A stretch of 29,322 nucleotides of DNA from Nitrosomonas europaea (lineage in GTDB: Bacteria > Pseudomonadota > Gammaproteobacteria > Burkholderiales > Nitrosomonadaceae). The translations under genes and the position numbers were made by a program. The stretch is taken from positions 1 to 29,322 of the forward strand of contig NZ_FUWK01000035.1 of the NCBI RefSeq assembly GCF_900167395.1, written 5' to 3'. How positions within the stretch are numbered: the stretch's first letter is position 1; every line of letters starts with the position of its first letter. Positions 9,820 to 21,056 of the stretch are shown here, piece after piece. The notes beneath the pieces were generated by a model, which searched no databases, was not told where the DNA came from, and saw nothing but the letters and a program-made list of their open reading frames with translations.

Positions 9820-9883
9820 TTAAGCCATCAACTACCAGAATTGGTTTAACAAATTGCTTTTGATCTCGAAGACACAGGGATAC

Positions 9884-10189
9884 TCAGCCTTTCAATTCAT
9901 CCAGATCATCCACGTTAATGGTGCGCAGATTTCTGAATAGTGCAACTAAAATTGCCAGTCCGATGGCTGCTTCAGCTGCAGCGACAGTCAGAATAAAAAA
10001 CACGAAGATCTGCCCCGCCGTATCCTGTAGAAAATGTGAAAAAGCGACGAAATTCATATTGACGGCCAATAGCATCAATTCAATCGACATCAGCAGGATA
10101 ATGACATTTTTCCGGTTGAGAAAAATACCGACGACCCCAATGGCAAACAGGAGAGCACCCAGCACAAGATAATGTGATAGTGAGACCAA
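9884..10189 (-). CDS. nuoK: NADH-quinone oxidoreductase subunit K.
   Basis: This 101-aa, 3-TM ND4L-like protein contains [31 protein letters not shown]. Confidence 0.95.
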   Translation of the reverse strand: MVSLSHYLVLGALLFAIGVVGIFLNRKNVIILLMSIELMLLAVNMNFVAFSHFLQDTAGQIFVFFILTVAAAEAAIGLAILVALFRNLRTINVDDLDELKG

Positions 10190-10244
10190 GATGATTACCT
10201 TTTAGATGAAGAAAATAGGAAACAGATGGAGTCCTGAGCAAAAA

Positions 10245-10850
10245 TTATTCTTTTCTTTCTGCTGGTATGGATATAACTTTTAACCGCTTTTCACGACTAG
10301 CAGCTACTTGTTTTGAAACATTCGAAGATTTTTTATCGGTTCGGTAACGCAACGTTATAGCAATGGCAGCAACCATCGCTACCAGAAGAATGACGGCTGA
10401 CAGTTCAAAAGCGTATACGTAGTCGGTATAAAGCAATTGTCCCAACTCTTTCGTATTACTGTAGTCCACTGATTTGGAAACTGGAATTTGTATATTTTCA
10501 GGTCCGAATTGTTTACTCATCAGTACTATACCTATCTCACCCGTCATAATCAGAGCCAGTATGGCGCCAAACGGGAACCACTTCCAGAATCCTTCCCGCA
10601 TACGATCCAGGTTGATATCCAACATCATTACCACGAACAGGAACAACACCATGACTGCACCGACATATACCAGAATCAGAACGATGGCCAGGAACTCTGC
10701 TTCAAGCAGCAACCATAATCCGGAAGATGTCACAAAAGCGAGTACCAGTAATAGCGCCGAGTGAACAGGATTGCGCAGTGTAATCACTCCCAGTGCAGCA
10801 ATGACTACTACACTTGCCAGGCTATAAAAAACGAAATCCTGTAAATTCAT
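10245..10850 (-). CDS. nuoJ: NADH-quinone oxidoreductase subunit J.
   Basis: This 201-aa ND6-like membrane protein contains the motif RNPVHSALLLVLAF and lies between nuoI and nuoK. Confidence 0.93.
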   Translation of the reverse strand: MNLQDFVFYSLASVVVIAALGVITLRNPVHSALLLVLAFVTSSGLWLLLEAEFLAIVLILVYVGAVMVLFLFVVMMLDINLDRMREGFWKWFPFGAILALIMTGEIGIVLMSKQFGPENIQIPVSKSVDYSNTKELGQLLYTDYVYAFELSAVILLVAMVAAIAITLRYRTDKKSSNVSKQVAASREKRLKVISIPAERKE

Positions 10851-10867
10851 AAATTTATATCTGTTTG

Positions 10868-11356
10868 TTAGCGATAAGGAGCGTCTGCTGCCCTGTCTCT
10901 GGCTATCTGTTCTTCATAGCGGTCACCCACTGCCAGCAGCATCTCTTTCGTATAGGTCAAATCCCCGCGAACTTCACCATGGTATTCCAGAACACGAGTC
11001 TCAACAATCGCATCAACCGGACAAGCTTCCTCACAGAAACCGCAAAAAATACATTTAATCATGTCGATATCGTAACGAGTGGTCCGGCGCGTACTATCGT
11101 CACGCTGTTCTGATTCGATAGTAATCGCCATGGCCGGACATACAGCCTCACACAGCTTGCATGCAATACAGCGCTCTTCCCCGTTAGGGTAACGGCGTAA
11201 TGCATGCAACCCCCGGAAACGGGGTGATTGGGGCGTCTTCTCTTCCGGATAATGCACAGTGATTTTGGGCGCAAATAAATAACGTCCAGTCACTTTCATC
11301 CCTTTCAGCATTTCAACCAGCAGAAAGGATTTAAAAAACTGCTTGATACGTTCCAT
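10868..11356 (-). CDS. nuoI: NADH-quinone oxidoreductase subunit I (2x[4Fe-4S] ferredoxin).
   Basis: Two CxxCxxCxxxCP motifs are present: [12 protein letters not shown] and [12 protein letters not shown]. Confidence 0.96.
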   Translation of the reverse strand: MERIKQFFKSFLLVEMLKGMKVTGRYLFAPKITVHYPEEKTPQSPRFRGLHALRRYPNGEERCIACKLCEAVCPAMAITIESEQRDDSTRRTTRYDIDMIKCIFCGFCEEACPVDAIVETRVLEYHGEVRGDLTYTKEMLLAVGDRYEEQIARDRAADAPYR

Positions 11357-11369
11357 TTCGCTATTACTC

Positions 11370-12470
11370 TCAGTTAAACCAGAGATTCAACGGGAAACTT
11401 TGCCGAACAACCTCTGGTAATTGCATCACCATGCCCAGCACTACGATCCAGACAAGTGTGAGCGGGATAAATACCTTCCAGCCCAGTCGCATAATCTGGT
11501 CATAACGATAACGCGGGAAGGTAGCACGGAACCAGAGGAAAAAGAACAGCATGAAGGCTATTTTCAGAAGCAGCCAGACCATGCCGGGAATCAGATTAAA
11601 GGGGGCGATATCCACAGGAGGCAGCCAGCCACCCAGGAACATGATGCTGGCCAGAGTCGCAACCAGAATCATGTTGGCATACTCGGCAAGGAAAAATACC
11701 GTAAAGGCCATTCCTGAATAGTCTACATGGAAACCTGCAACGATTTCCGATTCCCCCTCCGCCACGTCAAAAGGCGCTCTGTTCGTTTCAGCCACACCCG
11801 ATATGAAATAGACCAGAAACATCGGGAATAACGGGATCAGGTACCAGTTCAGAAAACTGCCACCCTGCTGCCCTGCCACAATATCTCCCAGATTGAGACT
11901 TGAAGACATCATCAATACGCAGACCAGCGCAAATCCCATCGCCAGCTCATATGAAACGACTTGTGCAGCAGAGCGCATGGCTCCCAGGAATGCATATTTT
12001 GAATTTGATGCCCAGCCGGCAATAATGACACCGTAAACTCCCAGTGATGTCATAGCCAGAATATAAAGCAGGCCAGCATTGATGTCCGCCAGCACCAGCT
12101 CCGGCGAAAAGGGAACAACGGCCCAAGCAGCCAATGCGGGCCCTATGGCAAGAACCGGTGCAAGCAGAAACAGGAATTTATTGGCGCCTGTCGGAATAAT
12201 GATCTCTTTCATGATTGCCTTGACAGCATCAGCTATGGGTTGCCCCCAGCCACGCAACCAAGGTATATCAAAGAAGGTCACTCTGTTTGGCCCCACTCTG
12301 ACTTGCATATAGGCGATAATTTTTCTTTCTGCAAAAGTAAGATAAGCAACTGCCAGAAGTAACGGAATGACAATCGCCAGGATCAGCAGCAGATTCTTTA
12401 TCAGCAGAAAGAGAGGTCCCCCCCATTCACTGCCAAACAATTGCTCAAATAATGGTTGCAAGCTATCCAT
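11370..12470 (-). CDS. nuoH: NADH-quinone oxidoreductase subunit H.
   Basis: This 366-aa ND1-like protein contains [18 protein letters not shown] and [26 protein letters not shown]. Confidence 0.96.
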   Translation of the reverse strand: MDSLQPLFEQLFGSEWGGPLFLLIKNLLLILAIVIPLLLAVAYLTFAERKIIAYMQVRVGPNRVTFFDIPWLRGWGQPIADAVKAIMKEIIIPTGANKFLFLLAPVLAIGPALAAWAVVPFSPELVLADINAGLLYILAMTSLGVYGVIIAGWASNSKYAFLGAMRSAAQVVSYELAMGFALVCVLMMSSSLNLGDIVAGQQGGSFLNWYLIPLFPMFLVYFISGVAETNRAPFDVAEGESEIVAGFHVDYSGMAFTVFFLAEYANMILVATLASIMFLGGWLPPVDIAPFNLIPGMVWLLLKIAFMLFFFLWFRATFPRYRYDQIMRLGWKVFIPLTLVWIVVLGMVMQLPEVVRQSFPLNLWFN

Positions 12471-12492
12471 TGATTAAATCCCGATCCAGATT

Positions 12493-14898
12493 TTATAATT
12501 TTTCCAGCTTGATTTCATCGAACATCCCGCCTAATCTGGATGTCTGCAAGTGAGCACATGCCAGTCGGACACAGTTATCAGGCAGGCTGGTATCAGCGGA
12601 AATTTCCAGCTGAATTGTCTCATCCTGCTGTTTTATTTTGACTGTCTCACCAGCCTGTATTCCAGATTTATCAAGCAGGCCAGGTGAAGCAAATGCAACG
12701 GGTGATACGGCATCATGTGTTTTCTGTAATGAGCTCGCACGCCTTACGATTGGATCAGCCTGATAAATTGGTATCTCACCAATCCTTTCAATGCCACTAT
12801 TTTTTTGATGATTTTCTGAAATTGAAAACGCTTCCAAAGCGTTATTCAAGCCACGTACAAATTCTTCTTCTGCAGACACTATTTCTGCACGAACCTGTTC
12901 TGATGAATCGTAATCGAATCCTTCCAATTGCAACAGATTTCCCAATACCCGCAAGATTTTCCAGGCGGGACGTGCTTCACCGAGAGGAGGTACTACACCA
13001 CTGAAACTTTGTATCCTTCCTTCAGTATTAACAAAAGTGCCGGATGTTTCAGTAAAAGGAGCAACAGGCAAAATAACATCGGCATAATCAGGAATGTTAC
13101 CTTTGTAACTGCTCAATGAAACTACAAATTCAGCTTTATTCATTACCTGAAGCGCCCGCCCCGTATCATAACAATCCAGTTCCGGCTCCAGGTTCAACAG
13201 TACGTAAGCACTACAGGCTGGTTCACCATCAGGTGAACCTAACCCTAGCATTTGTCCCGCATTCAAACCAACCTTCTCTGATACAGTTTTATTTACAGAA
13301 TGAGTCCCGGTGCTCCATGGTAACGCACCCGCAGAATAGGCTCCCACACTATTTGCAGCTTCACCCAGCAAACCAAACTGTGCTTCGGTTATTTTCGAAA
13401 CAGCCAGTGCCGCACAGTGTAGATCAGCAAAATGAGGGTGATGCTGAGCAAGATTACCCAGAAAAACAGCAGCTGGAGCGTGGTTGATGAGACTATTCGC
13501 AATTCCCCGTGCAACTTCAGAAACTTCAACTGCATTTGCTGCAGATTTAATATGCCCGGGCACGGGAATATTCTTGATTTCTGCTGCTGCTTTCAGTACC
13601 TGTAATACCATGTCAAGCATAGCTGAAGGAGCAACAATCGCGCGATAGGCAATCTTGGTCAACTGATCGTCACCTGATGGATTGATCAGACTTAACTGCC
13701 CCCCCTCTTTTACTGCCTGACGCATCCGCTGGGCAAGCAGCGGATGGTCTTTACGCAGTGTACTGCCAACGACCAGCACAGCTTTTAACTGTGAAACCTC
13801 GGCAATTTGCATTCCCAGCCATGGTGCTCCACGCAATACGGCATCGGTACGAAAATCAGATTGACGTACCCGGTGATCGATATTGTGACTGCCCAGTCCA
13901 CGCATCAGTTTTTGCAGTAAGTAGAGCTCCTCCAACGTGCTATGAGCAGATCCCAATGCACCTATACTCAGCGGCCCCTGATTTTTAACGACATTGCTGA
14001 TGCCCTCAGCAGCATAGGCCAAAGCCTCCTGCCAGCCACATACCTGCCACTGTCCGGATTTTCTGATCATTGGTACCGTCAAACGGTCTTCCGAATTCAG
14101 TCCTTCATAAGAGAACCGGTCTTTATCTGACAACCAGCATTCATTGACGGCTTCATTCTCACGCGGTAATACGCGCATGACCCGATTTTTTTTCACTTGC
14201 ACGACCAGATTACTACCCAGCCCGCAATGCGGGCTGATCGATTTTCTGCGTGATAACTCCCAGGTTCTTGCTGAATAGCGGAAAGGTTTACTGACCAGAG
14301 CACCGACCGGACATAAATCGATTACATTACCAGAAAGTTCAGAATCAACCGCTCTGCCGACGAACGTCAGAATCTCGGAATGTTCTCCCCGGCCAGCCAT
14401 TCCAAGCTCCATGATTCCGGCGATCTCCTGGCCAAAACGAACACACCTCGTGCAGTGGATACAGCGGGTCATATCCGTTGCTATGAGCGGACCAAGATTC
14501 TTGTTGGTCACAGCCCGTTTGGGTTCCTGATAACGGGAACCGCTTGAACCATAGCCGACAGCGAGATCCTGTAGCTGGCACTCCCCTCCCTGGTCACAAA
14601 TCGGACAATCCAGTGGATGATTGATCAGCAGAAATTCCATCACCCCTTTTTGTGCAGTCACCGCCTGCTGAGAATGTGTCGATACTTTCATTCCTTCGGC
14701 TACCGGTGTCGCACACGCAGGTAACGGTTTGGGTGCCTTTTCGACCTCTACCAGGCACATCCGGCAATTAGCCGCTATTGACAGCTTTTTGTGATAACAA
14801 AAATGCGGAATATAGATCCCGATCTGCCTGGCAGCATCCATTACGGTACTACCCTGCGCAACCGTTACCTGTTTGCCATCAATTTCAATATTAATCAT
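12493..14898 (-). CDS. nuoG: NADH-quinone oxidoreductase subunit G (75-kDa Fe-S subunit).
   Basis: The N-terminal 2Fe-2S and 4Fe-4S cysteine clusters are present (CYHKKLSIAANCRMCLVEV, CPICDQGGECQLQD, CIHCTRCVRF). The start is placed at the ATG (MINIEIDGK) at 14898 rather than the ORF-track TTG at 14904. Confidence 0.95.
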   Translation of the reverse strand: MINIEIDGKQVTVAQGSTVMDAARQIGIYIPHFCYHKKLSIAANCRMCLVEVEKAPKPLPACATPVAEGMKVSTHSQQAVTAQKGVMEFLLINHPLDCPICDQGGECQLQDLAVGYGSSGSRYQEPKRAVTNKNLGPLIATDMTRCIHCTRCVRFGQEIAGIMELGMAGRGEHSEILTFVGRAVDSELSGNVIDLCPVGALVSKPFRYSARTWELSRRKSISPHCGLGSNLVVQVKKNRVMRVLPRENEAVNECWLSDKDRFSYEGLNSEDRLTVPMIRKSGQWQVCGWQEALAYAAEGISNVVKNQGPLSIGALGSAHSTLEELYLLQKLMRGLGSHNIDHRVRQSDFRTDAVLRGAPWLGMQIAEVSQLKAVLVVGSTLRKDHPLLAQRMRQAVKEGGQLSLINPSGDDQLTKIAYRAIVAPSAMLDMVLQVLKAAAEIKNIPVPGHIKSAANAVEVSEVARGIANSLINHAPAAVFLGNLAQHHPHFADLHCAALAVSKITEAQFGLLGEAANSVGAYSAGALPWSTGTHSVNKTVSEKVGLNAGQMLGLGSPDGEPACSAYVLLNLEPELDCYDTGRALQVMNKAEFVVSLSSYKGNIPDYADVILPVAPFTETSGTFVNTEGRIQSFSGVVPPLGEARPAWKILRVLGNLLQLEGFDYDSSEQVRAEIVSAEEEFVRGLNNALEAFSISENHQKNSGIERIGEIPIYQADPIVRRASSLQKTHDAVSPVAFASPGLLDKSGIQAGETVKIKQQDETIQLEISADTSLPDNCVRLACAHLQTSRLGGMFDEIKLEKL

Positions 14899-14960
14899 CA
14901 GCAATAAATCCCGGAATCAGTGGGAATCAGATAAACATGACATAAAAAACCACAGCCTAC

Positions 14961-16238
14961 CTAGACCATGCACTTTTTATGTTCGATATGGAAAACAAAT
15001 TCATCCCGGAAATGCTGCAGCATTGCTCTTACCGGCATTGCGGCAGCATCACCCAGCGCACAGATCGTTCTACCCTGGATGTTATCCGCTAGATTATCAA
15101 GCAAATCCAGATCTTCAACCCGCCCCTTTCCGTGCTCGATCCGGTTGATGATCCGGTAAAGCCAGCCTGTTCCTTCCCGGCACGGAGTACACTGGCCACA
15201 GGATTCCTCATAGTAAAAATAAGAAAGCCGCTCCAGCGCACGCACCATACAGGTCGTGTCATCCATGATGATCACCGCGCCCGAGCCCAGCATGGAGCCT
15301 GCTTTTGCTATTGAATCATAGTCCATGTCAGTTTCCATCATGATGTCACCAGGCAGAACCGGCATTGACGATCCACCCGGAATACATCCCTTCAGCTTTC
15401 TGCCACCACGCATCCCGCCAGCAAGTTCCAACAGCTTTGCAAAGGGTGTTCCCATGGGTACCTCATAGTTACCCGGCTTATTGACATGTCCGGAAACTGA
15501 AAATATTTTAGTACCACCGTTGTTTGGTTTACCGAGCTGCAGATAACGCTCCCCTCCGTTACGGATGATCCAGGGAACAGAAGCAAATGTTTCTGTATTG
15601 TTGATTGTCGTAGGTTTACCGTACAAACCAAAATTGGCAGGAAATGGCGGCTTAAAGCGTGGCTGACCCTTTTTTCCTTCTATGGATTCCAGGAGGGCGG
15701 TCTCTTCTCCACAAATATAGGCACCGTATCCATGATGGTTATAAAGTCGGAAACTAAAGCCGGAACCCAAGATGTTATCCCCCAGGAAACCTGCGACATT
15801 CGCCTCCTCGACGGCCTCCTCCATTCGCTCGTAAACATCCCATATTTCCCCGTGTACATAGTTGTAGCCGGTACGGATACCCATCGCATAGGCGGCAATC
15901 AACATACCCTCGATCAGGATATGGGGATTGTAACGCATGATATCACGGTCCTTGAATGTACCCGGCTCACCCTCATCAGAATTACAGACGAGATACTTCT
16001 CACCCGTATACTGTTTCGGCATGAAACTCCATTTCAGTCCCGTCGGAAAGCCCGCGCCACCGCGGCCGCGCAGTGCAGATTTCTTGACTTCATCAATTAC
16101 TGCCTCGGGAGAAATTTTCTGTGAAAGAATTTTTTTCAACGCGGCATAACCATCACGCTTAAGATAATTCTTTAGCCGCCAATTATCCGAATCCGCAGTA
16201 TCCACACCTGCCATGATGACTTGAGTAGGCTGGGTCAT
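14961..16238 (-). CDS. nuoF: NADH-quinone oxidoreductase subunit F (NADH/FMN-binding).
   Basis: The sequence contains [26 protein letters not shown] and [12 protein letters not shown]. The ATG overlaps the nuoE stop (ATGA). Confidence 0.97.
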   Translation of the reverse strand: MTQPTQVIMAGVDTADSDNWRLKNYLKRDGYAALKKILSQKISPEAVIDEVKKSALRGRGGAGFPTGLKWSFMPKQYTGEKYLVCNSDEGEPGTFKDRDIMRYNPHILIEGMLIAAYAMGIRTGYNYVHGEIWDVYERMEEAVEEANVAGFLGDNILGSGFSFRLYNHHGYGAYICGEETALLESIEGKKGQPRFKPPFPANFGLYGKPTTINNTETFASVPWIIRNGGERYLQLGKPNNGGTKIFSVSGHVNKPGNYEVPMGTPFAKLLELAGGMRGGRKLKGCIPGGSSMPVLPGDIMMETDMDYDSIAKAGSMLGSGAVIIMDDTTCMVRALERLSYFYYEESCGQCTPCREGTGWLYRIINRIEHGKGRVEDLDLLDNLADNIQGRTICALGDAAAMPVRAMLQHFRDEFVFHIEHKKCMV

Positions 16239-16723
16239 CTGTTTAATTCCTCAAGCAGTTTATCTATCTGGTCTTCAGTCATGAAACTGCACATACGCTT
16301 GTTATTGACCAGAAGCACCGGCGCATCCCCGCAGGAACCCATACATTCACCTTCTTTGAGAGTGAATAACCCGTCTGTCGTGGTTTCATTGAAACCAATA
16401 CCCAGTTTCTGTTTAAGATAATCTGCCGTCTGGTTTCCACCTGACAATGCACAAGGCAGATTGGTACAAACCGTAAGCTTGTACTTTCCGACCGGCTTCA
16501 GGTTATACATATTGTAGAAAGTCGCAACTTCATAGACAGCAATTGCAGGCATCTCAAGATAATCTGCAATGAAATCCATCGTTTCAGTTGCCAGCCAACC
16601 TTTTTCATCCTGTGCGATCGCCAGTGCAGACATCACGGCCGATTGTTTCCGGTCAGCAGGATATTTAGCGACTTCCCGATCAATTTTTCTCAGAGCTTCA
16701 GTGCTTAACATCGACGAACTCAT
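16235..16723 (-). CDS. nuoE: NADH-quinone oxidoreductase subunit E (2Fe-2S).
   Basis: This 162-aa protein has the thioredoxin-like 2Fe-2S cysteines (VCTNLPCAL ... [11 protein letters not shown]). It shows 4-nt start/stop overlaps with both nuoD and nuoF. Confidence 0.95.
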   Translation of the reverse strand: MSSSMLSTEALRKIDREVAKYPADRKQSAVMSALAIAQDEKGWLATETMDFIADYLEMPAIAVYEVATFYNMYNLKPVGKYKLTVCTNLPCALSGGNQTADYLKQKLGIGFNETTTDGLFTLKEGECMGSCGDAPVLLVNNKRMCSFMTEDQIDKLLEELNR

Positions 16724-17973
16724 CTGTCTATCTCACCGAATACAATATCCTGGGTACCAATGATTGCTACAAGATCAGCAATCATGTGTCCCTTGGTCAT
16801 TTCATCCAGTGCTGCTAAATGTGCAAATCCAGGAGCACGAATTTTCAAGCGATAAGGCTTATTGGCACCATCTGAAACAATATAAATACCAAACTCGCCT
16901 TTAGGATGCTCCACAGCCGCATAAGCTTCACCCCGCGGAACATGCATACCTTCCGTGAACAACTTGAAGTGATGAATCATTTCTTCCATATTCTGCTTCA
17001 TGGCCAATCTGGATGGTGGAGCAACCTTATGATTGTCAGTAATCACAGGACCAGGATTTTTTCTCAGCCATTCGACGCACTGTTTTATTATATGGTTTGA
17101 CTGACGCATTTCCTCGATACGCACCAGGTAGCGATCATAACAATCACCATTGGCGCCGACGGGAATATCGAAATCCACCTGATCATAAACTTCGTATGGT
17201 TGTTTCTTGCGCAAATCCCATTCCACTCCGGATCCGCGCAACATTGGGCCGGTAAAACCCAGTGCTTTGGCACGATCAGGCGAAACCACACCAATATCGA
17301 CCAAACGCTGCTTCCAAATCCGATTATCTGTCAGCAATGCCTCATAATCATCAATGTAGCCTGGGAATCGACGAGTGAAATCCTCAATGAAATCAAGCAG
17401 TGAGCCTTGCCGGTTTTCATTACGTGCACGCGTCGCCTTCTCATCGTGTATTGCTGATGGCTGGTACTGCGGCATATTGTCAGGCAGGTCACGATAAACC
17501 CCGCCTGGTCGGTAATAGGCAGCATGCAACCGGGCACCCGACACCGCTTCGTAACAATCCATCAAATCTTCCCGTTCGCGGAAAGCATATAGAAAAACCG
17601 TCATCGCCCCGACATCCAGCGCATGAGCGCCTAGCCACAGCAGATGATTGAGGATACGTGTTATCTCGTCAAACATTACACGAATATATTGCGCTCTGAT
17701 GGGCACCTCGATCTGCAACAGCTTTTCGATCGCCATCACGTACGCATGTTCGTTGACCATCATGGATACATAATCCAGACGATCCATGTAAGGTACAGAC
17801 TGTACGTAAGTCTTGTTTTCTGCCAGTTTCTCCGTGGCCCGATGCAGTAATCCGATATGAGGATCAGCACGCCGGATAACTTCGCCATCCAGTTCCATCA
17901 CCAGACGCAGAACACCATGAGCTGCAGGATGCTGCGGCCCAAAATTCATAGTGTAATTACGAATTTCAGCCAT
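16720..17973 (-). CDS. nuoD: NADH-quinone oxidoreductase subunit D (49-kDa).
   Basis: The 417-aa ORF contains [15 protein letters not shown] and HRATEKL, and ends in the characteristic FGEIDR. Confidence 0.97.
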   Translation of the reverse strand: MAEIRNYTMNFGPQHPAAHGVLRLVMELDGEVIRRADPHIGLLHRATEKLAENKTYVQSVPYMDRLDYVSMMVNEHAYVMAIEKLLQIEVPIRAQYIRVMFDEITRILNHLLWLGAHALDVGAMTVFLYAFREREDLMDCYEAVSGARLHAAYYRPGGVYRDLPDNMPQYQPSAIHDEKATRARNENRQGSLLDFIEDFTRRFPGYIDDYEALLTDNRIWKQRLVDIGVVSPDRAKALGFTGPMLRGSGVEWDLRKKQPYEVYDQVDFDIPVGANGDCYDRYLVRIEEMRQSNHIIKQCVEWLRKNPGPVITDNHKVAPPSRLAMKQNMEEMIHHFKLFTEGMHVPRGEAYAAVEHPKGEFGIYIVSDGANKPYRLKIRAPGFAHLAALDEMTKGHMIADLVAIIGTQDIVFGEIDR

Positions 17974-18033
17974 TTCCTAAGCACCCTCTCATTTGAAAAT
18001 CCCACATGCCCCGGCAATCAGTCATAGAGTGCT

Positions 18034-18654
18034 TCATATTTCCTCTCTGCCATATTGTTCTTCACGAATGACATACGGTGTAATTTCGCGAGGCTCGATT
18101 GTAACAGGCTGGTAGACAACCCGTTTCTGATCAGGGTCATAACGCATTTCCACATGTCCTGACAAAGGAAAGTCCTTGCGGAAGGGATTTCCAATAAATC
18201 CATAATCCGTCAGAATTCTTCTGAGGTCAGGATGATTATTGAAAATGATTCCAAACAGATCAAACGCCTCTCGCTCAAACCAGTTGGCTGAAGGCCATAC
18301 AGGCATCACCGAATCAACCATGGGAAATTCATTGTCTTCCGCAAAGACACGCACGCGCAGCCTGTGATTATGCTTGACTGAAAGCAAGTGGTACACGACA
18401 GCGAACCGTCTGTCCTCCCGTTTATATCCCGCATGTGTATCTGTCGAATATTCACTGAAATCCACACCACATAGATCAATCAGCGTATCAAACCCCAGAT
18501 CCTGATGATCTCTCAATACCTCAGCGATATCCGGCAGATCCCGGGAATGCACCAGAAGCGTCAGCTCCCCAAGCGCACAACTGATATCAATTTGCCGATC
18601 ACCCAATATTCTCTGTAAATCCGCCGCAAGTTTTTCAAGGCGACTGTTTGTCAT
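18034..18654 (-). CDS. nuoC: NADH-quinone oxidoreductase subunit C (30-kDa).
   Basis: The 206-aa ORF contains the motif [33 protein letters not shown]. It is separate from nuoD, not a fused nuoCD. Confidence 0.95.
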   Translation of the reverse strand: MTNSRLEKLAADLQRILGDRQIDISCALGELTLLVHSRDLPDIAEVLRDHQDLGFDTLIDLCGVDFSEYSTDTHAGYKREDRRFAVVYHLLSVKHNHRLRVRVFAEDNEFPMVDSVMPVWPSANWFEREAFDLFGIIFNNHPDLRRILTDYGFIGNPFRKDFPLSGHVEMRYDPDQKRVVYQPVTIEPREITPYVIREEQYGREEI

Positions 18655-18666
18655 TTCACCCCCTAG

Positions 18667-19143
18667 CTAGCGCGCGATTGTATTGGTACGCTTAATTTTA
18701 TTCTGTAACTGAATGATTCCGTAAAGCAGCGCTTCAGCAGTCGGTGGGCAGCCTGGCACATATATATCGACAGGCACTATCCGATCACACCCACGTACAA
18801 CTGAATAAGAATAATGATAATACCCACCGCCATTTGCACAGGATCCCATGGAAATTACCCAGCGAGGTTCAGCCATCTGATCATAAACTTTACGTAATGC
18901 AGGTGCCATCTTATTACACAGCGTTCCGGCAACAATCATGACATCTGACTGACGGGGACTGGGGCGAAAAACAATACCGAACCGATCCAGATCATAACGG
19001 GATGCACCCGTTTGCATCATCTCGACCGCGCAACACGCCAATCCGAAAGTCATAGGCCACATCGAGCCCGTACGCCCCCAATTGATCAAGGAATCAAGGC
19101 TGGTCGTAACAAATCCTTTGTCTAATACACCCTCAATACCCAT
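18667..19143 (-). CDS. nuoB: NADH-quinone oxidoreductase subunit B (N2 cluster, 20-kDa).
   Basis: The sequence contains [31 protein letters not shown] and the VPGCPP motif. Confidence 0.97.
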   Translation of the reverse strand: MGIEGVLDKGFVTTSLDSLINWGRTGSMWPMTFGLACCAVEMMQTGASRYDLDRFGIVFRPSPRQSDVMIVAGTLCNKMAPALRKVYDQMAEPRWVISMGSCANGGGYYHYSYSVVRGCDRIVPVDIYVPGCPPTAEALLYGIIQLQNKIKRTNTIAR

Positions 19144-19146
19144 TAT

Positions 19147-19515
19147 TCAATCCCACTCCAAAGCACCTTTGACCCATTCGTAAATGAAACCTACTACGAG
19201 TAATCCAAGAAATACCAGCATCGCAACAAAACCAAACCACCCGATTTCTTTCAAGACAACAGCCCAGGGAAATAAGAATGCAATTTCCAAATCGAATAAT
19301 ATGAACAAAATTGCGATCAGGTAATAGCGCACATCGAACTTCATACGCGCATCTTCAAACGCACCAAAACCACATTCATAGGGTGACAATTTTTCGGCAT
19401 CCGGTTTGTTTGGCGCCAGCAACCATCCTGCCAACATTGATAACACGCCGATTGCCAGCCCGACCAAAATAAATAACAGAATCGGGAAATAATTCCCGAG
19501 CATGGTGTTCAGCAT
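19147..19515 (-). CDS. nuoA: NADH-quinone oxidoreductase subunit A.
   Basis: This ND3-like 3-TM protein contains YECGF and [11 protein letters not shown] placed the start at the ATG at 19515 ([15 protein letters not shown]), which has AGGA 8 nt upstream. That gives about 122 aa, the normal NuoA size. The ORF-track start at 19572 would run to within 12 nt of the tRNA 3' end. Confidence 0.9.
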   Translation of the reverse strand: MLNTMLGNYFPILLFILVGLAIGVLSMLAGWLLAPNKPDAEKLSPYECGFGAFEDARMKFDVRYYLIAILFILFDLEIAFLFPWAVVLKEIGWFGFVAMLVFLGLLVVGFIYEWVKGALEWD

Positions 19516-19545
19516 CTTCAATATCCTTACTAAAATCACCAAACT

Positions 19546-19564
19546 CAGATCACACAATGATCTG
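19546..19564 (-). other. Short hairpin between tRNA-Leu and nuoA (weak terminator, attenuator or processing-site candidate).
   Basis: The minus strand reads CAGATCA-ttgtg-TGATCTG (7-bp stem, 5-nt loop), followed by AGTTTGGTGATTTTAG. The U-tract is interrupted, so this is not a strong intrinsic terminator. Confidence 0.3.
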
Positions 19565-19583
19565 ACATTCAAATATGCTTGCC

Positions 19584-19668
19584 TGGTGCCGACGGCGAGA
19601 ATCGAACTCGCACAGCTTTCGCCACCGCCCCCTCAAGACGGCGTGTCTACCAATTCCACCACGTCGGC
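19584..19668 (-). tRNA. leuU: tRNA-Leu (anticodon GAG), type II with a long variable arm and encoded CCA.
   Basis: The manual cloverleaf on the minus strand is as follows. The acceptor stem is GCCGACG/CGTCGGC and the D stem is GTG/CAC. The anticodon stem is CCGTC/GGCGG with loop TTGAGGG (U33, GAG, G37). The variable arm is 13 nt, the T stem is GCGAG/CTCGC with loop TTCGATT, and the discriminator A is followed by CCA. The total is 85 nt. The position downstream of secG mirrors E. coli secG-leuU. Confidence 0.95.
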
Positions 19669-19704
19669 CAAAAACCTCAACCGCTCGCTTTCAACGAGTA
19701 AAAA

Positions 19705-20079
19705 CTATTCGGGAATTTCTCCAACTCTGGAAGCATCACCTTCTCCTTCCTTCTCTGAAGTTCCGAGTTTATCACCCCCTGCAGCAGGAACAGCTACTTC
19801 ACCTGATTTCATATCCAGTTTTTGCATAACACTCTCTTCACCAGAATGACTGGTGCCGGAAAAATATGTTAGCGTTAGACTGGTAATAAAAAAAACCGTA
19901 GTAGCCAACGCAGTCATTCTGCTCAGAAAATTAGCCGACCCACTGGCACCAAATAGACTTCCAGATGCACCACTACCGAAGGCTGCTCCCATATCAGCAC
20001 CTTTTCCCTGTTGTAACAGGATCAGGATGATGATTATGACCGCAGCGATAATATGTACCGACCAAATAAGTGTTTCCAC
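19705..20079 (-). CDS. secG: Preprotein translocase subunit SecG.
   Basis: The N-terminal sequence IIILILLQQGKGADMGAAFGSGASGSLFGASGSANFLSRMT is the canonical SecG glycine-rich loop between two TM segments. The C-terminal tail of about 45 aa is acidic and low in complexity. Confidence 0.92.
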   Translation of the reverse strand: METLIWSVHIIAAVIIIILILLQQGKGADMGAAFGSGASGSLFGASGSANFLSRMTALATTVFFITSLTLTYFSGTSHSGEESVMQKLDMKSGEVAVPAAGGDKLGTSEKEGEGDASRVGEIPE

Positions 20080-20095
20080 AATACATTATCCCCAA

Positions 20096-20857
20096 TTAAT
20101 TCTGTGCTGCCAGACAAATCGAAATAAACTCCGCAGCAACCAGCGAAGCCCCTCCGATCAGCCCACCATCTATATCAGGCATTGTGAACAATTCACGTGC
20201 ATTATCTGCTTTTACACTTCCACCATAAAGTATCTGGATATTCTCAGCAATCCCGCCACTATGAACAGCTATCCGACTTCTTATAAATTTATGGACATCC
20301 TGCGCCTGTTGGGGAGTAGCAGTTTTGCCAGTACCGATTGCCCACACCGGCTCATAAGCTATGACTGATTGTCCGAGCGCTTCGATACCCGCCAGATCAA
20401 TCACGGCATCGAGTTGCATAGCGATTACCTGTTCAGTCTCATCCGATTCACGCTGAGCCAGGGTCTCACCTACACAAAGTATTGGTGTTATCGAACGCTC
20501 TTGTGCAGCACGAAATTTTTCAGCGACGACCTGATTCCCTTCGCCGAACAGTGTTCGTCGTTCTGAATGACCCACAATCACGTACCGACACCCTAAATCG
20601 GCCAGCATATCTGCCGATACTTCCCCGGTATAAGCTCCGTGGTGGTACTGACTGACATTCTGCCCCCCCCATAGCACATGAGAGCCCTCAAGCACTGACT
20701 GTGTCTGTGCTATATAGGGGTAAGGCACACACACCACACAGGATACATTCTGCAACGAGCGAGTACCTGAAACAACCGCATCAAGCAACTCCTGATTCCG
20801 AACCAGGCTGCCATGCATTTTCCAGTTCCCGGCCACAAACCCTGCACGCCCCATCAT
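20096..20857 (-). CDS. tpiA: Triosephosphate isomerase.
   Basis: The sequence contains AGNWKMHG, VGHSERR, AYEPVWAIGTG and GGASL motifs. GGAGG lies directly upstream, so the second ATG at 20854 may be the true start. Confidence 0.96.
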   Translation of the reverse strand: MMGRAGFVAGNWKMHGSLVRNQELLDAVVSGTRSLQNVSCVVCVPYPYIAQTQSVLEGSHVLWGGQNVSQYHHGAYTGEVSADMLADLGCRYVIVGHSERRTLFGEGNQVVAEKFRAAQERSITPILCVGETLAQRESDETEQVIAMQLDAVIDLAGIEALGQSVIAYEPVWAIGTGKTATPQQAQDVHKFIRSRIAVHSGGIAENIQILYGGSVKADNARELFTMPDIDGGLIGGASLVAAEFISICLAAQN

Positions 20858-20995
20858 CCCTCCTGTTTATCCAGCTTCAGACTCATAAAACCGGGGGATG
20901 CTACCCGCGAAACCGGGTTGCGTCAATGCCCGTATCACCCGATCTGACATATTCACAACCGAAATTACTCTGATTTGCTGCGTCCTGAAGCAAAA

Positions 20996-21001
20996 TATAA
21001 T
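20996..21001 (+). promoter_or_regulatory. Candidate -10 box (TATAAT) for gpmA.
   Basis: A perfect TATAAT lies 55 nt upstream of the gpmA ATG. TTGCTG lies 15 nt upstream of it, which is a suboptimal -35 spacing. Confidence 0.25.
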
Positions 21002-21056
21002 AAAATACTGCACATGGTGTTTTGCATAAATTTGCCCCCGTTTAACCAAGGTTGAC

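Noticed and set aside
14903-14915. The 13-nt string AATAAATCCCGGA occurs just upstream (minus-strand sense) of both the nuoG start (14903-14915) and the ABC exporter start (27168-27180).
   Set aside because: Several exact 13-mer coincidences are expected by chance in a 29-kb window, and similarity does not extend beyond the 13 nt. It is unlikely to be a shared regulatory motif.
19502-19849. Plus-strand ORFs (115 aa and 84 aa) spanning the nuoA 5' end, the tRNA and the secG 3' end.
   Set aside because: They run antisense through a clean tRNA-Leu cloverleaf and through secG and nuoA, so they are ORF-finder artefacts.
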